Below are positions 29,177 through 34,427 of a DNA stretch of 34,427 nt, in pieces (the first letter of the stretch is position 1; every line of letters starts with the position of its first letter). The position numbers and the translations under genes are program-made. This DNA is from an uncultured Bacilli bacterium. GTDB lineage: Bacteria > Bacillota_I > Bacilli_A > RF39 > UBA660. The notes below the pieces were generated by a model that worked only from the letters and a program-made list of their open reading frames with translations, did not search any database and was not told where the DNA came from. The stretch is taken from the NCBI GenBank assembly GCA_944372025.1, contig CALVYE010000003.1, forward strand, positions 1 to 34,427, in the 5' to 3' direction.

Positions 29177-29954
29177 CCTGCTCTTCTAAAGATATTTCTA
29201 TAACACCATGTTCCGGTATCTCTACTTTATATTTTCTTTCACAAATTGAAACTGATACAACTTCTCCCTTTCCATATTCAGTATCTATCATATCACCAAC
29301 TTTAGGTAGTCCCTTTTTTGCTTCACAATAATCACAATCTTCATATTTTAGACAACATAATAGTCTGCCACAAGAACCATTTATTTTACTAGGATTAAGT
29401 GCTAAACCTTGATTTTTAGCCATATTAATTGAAACTGAATCTATATCATGCAAAAATTTTTTGCAACATAACTCATATCCACATACTCCAAGACCACCTA
29501 TGCCTTTTGCTTTATCTCTTACACCAATTTGTCTTAATTCAATTCTAGTTTTAAAAATAGATGCCAATTCTTTAGCTAATTCTCTAAAATCAACTCTATT
29601 ATCTGATGTAAACTGAAAAATTAATTGTTTTCTATCAAAAGTATAATTTGCATTTATTAAATTCATATCTAAACCATACTTTTCAATTAATTCTTTGCAA
29701 ATTTTCATAGCTTTTTTAGATTCTTGAATGTTTTTATTGTTTGTTTGAATATCTTTTTTATTTGCAATTCTTATTATTTTTTTAATTTCTAAATTTCTAT
29801 CATAGTTTTGAACATCTAACTTAGTTACACTAGCAATTTGTGTTGCTTTTTCTGTTTCAATAATTACTAAATCATTTATCTTAACATTTATATTATTAGA
29901 ATCAAAAAAATATGTTTTAGGATTGTCCTTTATATTAACACCTATTATATTCAT
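29160..29954 (-). CDS. ricT: PSP1-domain protein YaaT/RicT
   Basis: RVDFREL.KELA..FKTRIELRQIGVRD.AK..GG.G.CG..LCC, SINMAK.Q, G.CGRLLCCLKYE. Confidence 0.95.
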   Translation of the reverse strand: MNIIGVNIKDNPKTYFFDSNNINVKINDLVIIETEKATQIASVTKLDVQNYDRNLEIKKIIRIANKKDIQTNNKNIQESKKAMKICKELIEKYGLDMNLINANYTFDRKQLIFQFTSDNRVDFRELAKELASIFKTRIELRQIGVRDKAKGIGGLGVCGYELCCKKFLHDIDSVSINMAKNQGLALNPSKINGSCGRLLCCLKYEDCDYCEAKKGLPKVGDMIDTEYGKGEVVSVSICERKYKVEIPEHGVIEISLEEQDGSKK

Positions 29955-29955
29955 T

Positions 29956-30825
29956 TTAATCAACTCCACTAAATTCTATTATAAACTTATCCATAAGTAA
30001 ATTTGTATTTGTATTGTACTTCAATTTTTCTTTTATATCAATAATTACATTTATTTTTTTATATATAGTATCTTTAGAGTTTAATTTAATAATATTTCCC
30101 AAAAGATTCTCAATATTTTCAAATATTTCCCAAGAATTAAATAAAATATAATTTAAAATATCTGTATATATTAATAGCATTATATCAAAACATTTTATAA
30201 TTTCTTCTCTATTCTTTACTATATTATTCCAATCGTTATCAATATAAGCAATCGTATTCTTTTTATTTTTTTCTAAAATATTTAAAAATTCAATAACTAT
30301 TTGTAATTCATCATTATTATAATCATTATTTATTTTTTTTTGTGTTTTAAAAGAAATAATTTGACAGCGGGAAATAATTGTTGGCAAAACATTTTTAATA
30401 TTACTTGTGGTAAGTATTGCAACTATTCCTTCTTCGGGTTCTTCCAAAAATTTTAATATTGTATTTGCAGCACTTAAATTCATTTTGTCAGCTTCTTTAA
30501 TAATATATACCATATATTCTGATTCTATTGATTTTTTATTAAATTGATTTTGTAAGTTTATTAATTGTTCTTTCTTTATCCATAGACCATCGGGTTCAAT
30601 TATTTTTAAATCAGGATAATTACCATTATCTATTCTATTGCAAATGTTACAATTTGTACAATCTTTTGTTTTTTTATAAGGACATACAATTTTTTTGACA
30701 AATGAAAAAACCAATTCATTATTTTCTAATGAACTGCCAAATTCAAATAAATATGCATGAGATATTTTATTGTTATTTAATGCATTTTCCAGTATTTGTT
30801 TAGATATTTCATTTGCTACAATCAT
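29956..30825 (-). CDS. holB: DNA polymerase III delta' subunit
   Basis: SHAYLF, Zn finger C..C..C..C, AANTILKFLEEP, LPTIISRC; upstream of ricT. Confidence 0.92.
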   Translation of the reverse strand: MIVANEISKQILENALNNNKISHAYLFEFGSSLENNELVFSFVKKIVCPYKKTKDCTNCNICNRIDNGNYPDLKIIEPDGLWIKKEQLINLQNQFNKKSIESEYMVYIIKEADKMNLSAANTILKFLEEPEEGIVAILTTSNIKNVLPTIISRCQIISFKTQKKINNDYNNDELQIVIEFLNILEKNKKNTIAYIDNDWNNIVKNREEIIKCFDIMLLIYTDILNYILFNSWEIFENIENLLGNIIKLNSKDTIYKKINVIIDIKEKLKYNTNTNLLMDKFIIEFSGVD

Positions 30826-30837
30826 ATTACACCTCTT

Positions 30838-31026
30838 TTAAAGAGCCACTAACAATATTACAATCAAACCAAGAAGTCCCGAGAAACCTAAACATGCAAC
30901 TACTGTAACAGTTATTATATTTATTGGTACAATTATTGATAATGGCGACATTATTAAATTAAATCCATATAAAATAAAAGCTGCTAATACTATTTTTTTA
31001 ATTACAATAAATATTTTTTTTAACAT
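30838..31026 (-). CDS. bofA: Pro-sigmaK processing inhibitor BofA-like (short)
   Basis: LY.FN......IVPIN..T..V...LG.SG pattern; downstream of recR. Confidence 0.8.
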   Translation of the reverse strand: MLKKIFIVIKKIVLAAFILYGFNLIMSPLSIIVPINIITVTVVACLGFSGLLGLIVILLVAL

Positions 31027-31045
31027 AATTTGTCCACCTCATTAA

Positions 31046-31074
31046 TTTTTATGAGGTAGAACTATTTTTTATGA
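31046..31074 (-). promoter_or_regulatory. sigE-like promoter of bofA
   Basis: TCATAAA-N14-CATAAAAAT; bofA is sigE-controlled in B. subtilis. Confidence 0.6.
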
Positions 31075-31668
31075 AACTTCTTTTCTATCATTAAGTGCCA
31101 TTTCTAATGTTAAAGGATCAATGTATTCTATATCTGCTCCTAATGGAATACCATGAGCAATTCGCGTTACAGTAACATCTATATTTTCAAGTAATTTTTG
31201 AATATATAATAGAGTAGTTTCTCCTTCAATACTAGGATTGATTGCGAGTATAACTTCTTTTATATTTTCTTCCTTTATTCTTCTAATTAAATATTCAATA
31301 TTTATATCTTCCGGACCTATACCATCAATTGGAGAAATAAGTCCATCAAGAACAAAATATAAACCATTATATACGGATAAATTTTCAAAAGAAAATACAT
31401 TTTTAATATTTTCTACAACACATATTGTACTTTTATCACGTGTTTCATCTTTGCATATACTACATACTTCATCTTCAGTTATATTATTGCATAATGGACA
31501 TTTTTTAATTTTAGTTTTAACATCTACTAATGCTTCTGAAAAATCTATAACATCTTCTTTTTCTAATTCATTTATTGAAAACGCATATCTTTCAGCGCTT
31601 TTTTCTCCAACTCCAGGTAATCTTTTAAAATTTTCTATTAGTCTTATAATACTGTTCGGATATTCCAT
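31069..31668 (-). CDS. recR: Recombination mediator RecR
   Basis: HhH LPGVGEKSA.R, C4 finger, Toprim EGETT, RIAHGIP.G. Confidence 0.98.
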   Translation of the reverse strand: MEYPNSIIRLIENFKRLPGVGEKSAERYAFSINELEKEDVIDFSEALVDVKTKIKKCPLCNNITEDEVCSICKDETRDKSTICVVENIKNVFSFENLSVYNGLYFVLDGLISPIDGIGPEDINIEYLIRRIKEENIKEVILAINPSIEGETTLLYIQKLLENIDVTVTRIAHGIPLGADIEYIDPLTLEMALNDRKEVS

Positions 31669-31680
31669 TTAAAACAACTC

Positions 31681-31980
31681 CTACATTAATCCAGAAAGTC
31701 CTTGACCATACTTTCCAAGTCTTTTTTCAGTTTCTGCATCTACTTTTTTAAATGCATTATTAATAGCAATCATTAATGTATCTTCTAACATTTCTATATC
31801 ATCTTTATCGAATTCCATATCGCTAGAAATTTTTATACTTTTTATTTCTTTATTACCATTTACTTCAACAGTTACTGAAGAATAAGTTTCAGTAAAAATA
31901 GTATTATTTATTTCTTCTTTTTCTTTCATTACATCTTTTTGCATTTTTTGTGCTTGTTTCATTATAGCTTGTATATTCAT
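31681..31980 (-). CDS. YbaB/EbfC nucleoid-associated protein
   Basis: MKQAQKMQ, V.V.VNG, DDIEMLED....A.N.A; between dnaX and recR. Confidence 0.95.
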   Translation of the reverse strand: MNIQAIMKQAQKMQKDVMKEKEEINNTIFTETYSSVTVEVNGNKEIKSIKISSDMEFDKDDIEMLEDTLMIAINNAFKKVDAETEKRLGKYGQGLSGLM

Positions 31981-31995
31981 TTTATCACCTTTCCT

Positions 31996-33660
31996 TTATA
32001 TAACTTGAACTAAACTTTCTCCAAAGATATCAATTGCTTGTTCAACAATAAAATTGTTTTCCACGTTGAATATTTTTTCATATTCGATATCTTCATTTAT
32101 AAAATTATATTCAATTTTGTTTTTTATATTTTTTATATATTCTTTTTTTGTTTTTTCCCATGTATATTGATCTAATGCTACAAAATTATATTCTTTTTCG
32201 AAAACTTTTGATAATAATTTTTCAATAGTAGGTATATCTTTATTTGCTCTTTCTGACATTGAAGTATATGGATATGTAACAATTATATTTTTATCAGATG
32301 CAGCAACAACTTCACCATCTAAAAGAATTCCTGGTGCCATTCCGTATATAGTACTAACAGCATATTCTCTTATTTTCGGCCAATTTTGTTTTAAAGTATT
32401 TAAAGATATTTTATTACAAGTTGCAAATGTATTGTTTATTCTAATATTTATTAATTCATCTATATTATCAATTTTTTTTGTTTCAGTTAATTTTTCAGAG
32501 TTCTTTATATTATCATTCTTTTCTATTATAGATTCTGTATTTATTTTAATTTTTTCTTCATTTTTAATATGCGGTATATTTACTATTTCATCTTCTTGTT
32601 TTTCAATAGTATCTTCAATTTTTTCATGTACATAACTTTCATTATCTTGATTAGTAACAATTATAAATGTTTCGAGTAAAATCTTTGGATAGTTAGTTTG
32701 TTTCATTTTAGTTGATAGTTCATTTAAATCGTTTATATATTTTAGTATTTTTGTTCTATCATAATTATTTTCAATTTTATTTAGTAATATATCTCTCAAA
32801 TAAATCATTAATTCATCAATAATTTTAAATAAATCGATACCTCTGTCATTTATTTCATTTATATAATTAATATATTTATCAATCTCATTATTGTATAATA
32901 AGTTGAACAATTTTTTTATTTCATTTTTTGTTAACGAATAATTAACAAAATGAATAATTTCAGGTGTAATTTTATCATTTGTAAATGCAATTACTTTATC
33001 TAATAGTCCTATTGCATCTCGCAATCCACCATCTGTCAAAGTACTAATTTCTTTTATTGCATCATCAGTTATATTTATATTTTCTTTTTGGGCAATATAT
33101 TTAATTCTTTCAAATATTTTATTTTCAGAAATTCTATTAAAATCAAATCTTTGACATCTCGATATTATTGTAATAGGTATTTTATTCACTTCCGTAGTTG
33201 CCAAAATAAAAATAACATGTTTTGGTGGTTCTTCAAGTGTTTTTAACAATGCATTAAATGCACCAATTGAAAGCATGTGAACTTCATCTATAATGTAAAT
33301 TTTATATTTAGAAGAAGCAGGCAATAAATTAGCTTTATTTCGTAATTCTCTAATTTCATCAACACCATTATTAGATGCAGCATCTATTTCTATAATATCG
33401 ATATAATTTTTATTGTTAAATTGAATACAGGATTCACATTTATCACATGGGACACCGTTATTTTGATTATCACAATTTATCAATTTTGCTATTAGTTTAG
33501 CAATACTTGTTTTACCTGTTCCACGTGGTCCGCAAAAAAGATATGCATGAGATATTTTTCTATTATTTATTTCATTAATAATTATTTTTTTTATAATATC
33601 TTGTCCTACAATTTCATCAAATGACTTTGGACGATATTTTCTATATAAAGCTTGATACAT
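31996..33660 (-). CDS. dnaX: DNA polymerase III gamma/tau subunit
   Basis: YQALYRKYRP, GPRGTGKT, EIDAASN, IIDEVHML, NALLKTLEEP, SRC. Confidence 0.98.
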   Translation of the reverse strand: MYQALYRKYRPKSFDEIVGQDIIKKIIINEINNRKISHAYLFCGPRGTGKTSIAKLIAKLINCDNQNNGVPCDKCESCIQFNNKNYIDIIEIDAASNNGVDEIRELRNKANLLPASSKYKIYIIDEVHMLSIGAFNALLKTLEEPPKHVIFILATTEVNKIPITIISRCQRFDFNRISENKIFERIKYIAQKENINITDDAIKEISTLTDGGLRDAIGLLDKVIAFTNDKITPEIIHFVNYSLTKNEIKKLFNLLYNNEIDKYINYINEINDRGIDLFKIIDELMIYLRDILLNKIENNYDRTKILKYINDLNELSTKMKQTNYPKILLETFIIVTNQDNESYVHEKIEDTIEKQEDEIVNIPHIKNEEKIKINTESIIEKNDNIKNSEKLTETKKIDNIDELINIRINNTFATCNKISLNTLKQNWPKIREYAVSTIYGMAPGILLDGEVVAASDKNIIVTYPYTSMSERANKDIPTIEKLLSKVFEKEYNFVALDQYTWEKTKKEYIKNIKNKIEYNFINEDIEYEKIFNVENNFIVEQAIDIFGESLVQVI

Positions 33661-33695
33661 TAAATTATTCACCCCTATCTTGATGTATAGATTTA

Positions 33696-34157
33696 TTATA
33701 ACACGTTATGGATTATTTTGCGTGATTTTTTTCTTCTTTGCTGAAAAAAATCACGCAAAATAATCAAGTATTGATTTTCTGCTTTTTCATCATTAATTTT
33801 TGATTTTTTTATATTTTTTAATCCAATTTTATTCTTGTATTTTTCTTTTTCATTATCCACTAAATAATACACATTTTCTATTCTTGCTTCATTTATTATT
33901 GTTCTACACATTTCACAAGGATTCATGGTAACATATAGCGAACACCCATTTAAATTCCATGATTTTATTTTTTTTGTAGCCTTTCTTATTGCAATTATCT
34001 CAGCATGATCAAGAGGATTATGAGTTTTTTCCTTTTTATTGTATCCCCTAGATATTATTTTTGTATTTTTAACTATAATTGCACCAACGGGAACACTACC
34101 TTCTTTAATAGCCTTTTGACTCAATTTTAATATTTCTTTAATATATTGATTTTTCAT
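33696..34157 (-). CDS. tadA: tRNA adenosine(34) deaminase TadA-like
   Basis: VPVGAIIV, HAE, PCEMC. True start MKNQY (34157) after GGAG; the ORF-track 5' extension runs through the SRP RNA. Confidence 0.88.
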   Translation of the reverse strand: MKNQYIKEILKLSQKAIKEGSVPVGAIIVKNTKIISRGYNKKEKTHNPLDHAEIIAIRKATKKIKSWNLNGCSLYVTMNPCEMCRTIINEARIENVYYLVDNEKEKYKNKIGLKNIKKSKINDEKAENQYLIILRDFFQQRRKKSRKIIHNVL

Positions 34158-34177
34158 ATAACCACTCCATAAAAAAA

Positions 34178-34248
34178 GCACACACAAATGGAGGTTATTA
34201 AGGCTGCTATTTTCCAATCCTGACCTATTTCTAACACATTTGTTGTGC
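34178..34248 (-). ncRNA. ffs: Small signal recognition particle RNA
   Basis: Minus strand GCACAACAAAUG...GGUCAGG-AUU-GGAA-AAU-AGCAGCC...CAUUUGUGUGUGC: conserved helix-8 core, complementary ends, T7 tail, upstream TTGTGT-N18-TATAAT; near tadA and dnaX. Confidence 0.9.
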
Positions 34249-34325
34249 AAATCAATTATATAATATTTTTATAATTAAACACAAGTTTTTTTACTCTTCT
34301 ATCTTCTTTTTCTTCTCTTTCTCTA

Positions 34326-34341
34326 TGTTTCACGTGAAACA
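34326..34341. promoter_or_regulatory. parS centromere-like site
   Basis: Perfect palindrome TGTTTCACGTGAAACA, the canonical parS consensus. Confidence 0.95.
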
Positions 34342-34379
34342 TTGTTTTTGTTCTATCTTCTTTTTCTTCTCTTTCTCTA

Positions 34380-34395
34380 TGTTTCACGTGAAACA
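34380..34395. promoter_or_regulatory. parS centromere-like site (second copy)
   Basis: Perfect palindrome TGTTTCACGTGAAACA. Confidence 0.95.
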
Positions 34396-34427
34396 TTGTT
34401 TTTGTTCTATCTTCTTTTTCTTCTCTT

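Larger units (their letters stand above)
34297..34427. repeat. Exact 54-bp tandem repeat (2 full copies plus 23 bp, truncated by the window end)
   Basis: Unit TTCTATCTTCTTTTTCTTCTCTTTCTCTATGTTTCACGTGAAACATTGTTTTTG at 34297, 34351 and 34405 (partial). Confidence 0.97.

Noticed and set aside
3151-32635. Other short plus-strand or nested ORFs in the track (e.g. 6492-6866, 8227-8412, 13853-14191, 17012-17368, 25819-26280, 31238-31672)
   Set aside because: All overlap well-supported minus-strand genes and show the F/S/L/I-rich composition of antisense or alternate frames, with no recognisable motifs.
31996-33660. Programmed -1 frameshift in dnaX
   Set aside because: I saw no AAAAAAG slippery site with a downstream hairpin at the expected position; A-runs are common at this base composition.
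34158-34250. 31-aa N-terminal extension of TadA
   Set aside because: It overlaps the SRP RNA; an RBS precedes the internal ATG at 34157.
34297-34427. Possible CRISPR array (palindromic repeats)
   Set aside because: The sequences between palindromes are identical, so there are no unique spacers; the palindrome is the parS consensus; no cas genes are present.
1-34427. Alternative genetic code (UGA=Trp)
   Set aside because: Long genes read through under code 11, and TGA terminates rsmI at its expected end.

Overview
Very AT-rich (roughly 25% GC by eye) chromosomal core region of a genome-reduced, Bacilli-like Firmicute. It uses genetic code 11 (TGA is a stop in rsmI). An RF39/Erysipelotrichales-grade lineage is a guess from gene content. 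Almost all genes are on the minus strand; only clpP is on +. Read in the direction of transcription: tandem 54-bp parS repeats, small SRP RNA, tadA, dnaX, ybaB, recR, bofA, holB, ricT, yabB, rsmI, pth, mfd, spoVT, Met T-box, dut, metG, small membrane ORF, tatD, G5/3D protein, rsmA, yabG, veg, spoVG, yabP, yabQ, divIC, orphan membrane ORF, tilS, ftsH, parA, parB, mscS, DUF951, AbgT-like transporter, ychF, YwaF-like protein, rpsF, ssb, rpsR, (clpP), TGS-uridine kinase, gap, pgk (partial). This is a stripped-down, rearranged version of the Bacillus oriC-proximal gene order. I see no mobile element, CRISPR array or defence island. The most notable oddities are: (1) FtsH with a C-terminal Rho_N-like helix-extension-helix domain, encoded next to parAB; (2) a 140-aa membrane-only ORF in the spoIIE position with a spoIIE-like 21-bp-spaced promoter, inside a minimal set of sporulation genes that keeps sigE/sigG-like promoters; (3) dUTPase inserted under a Met T-box riboswitch; (4) parS amplified as an exact tandem repeat; (5) a ~71-nt SRP RNA without an Alu domain. 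All family assignments come from motif recognition, not database searches.
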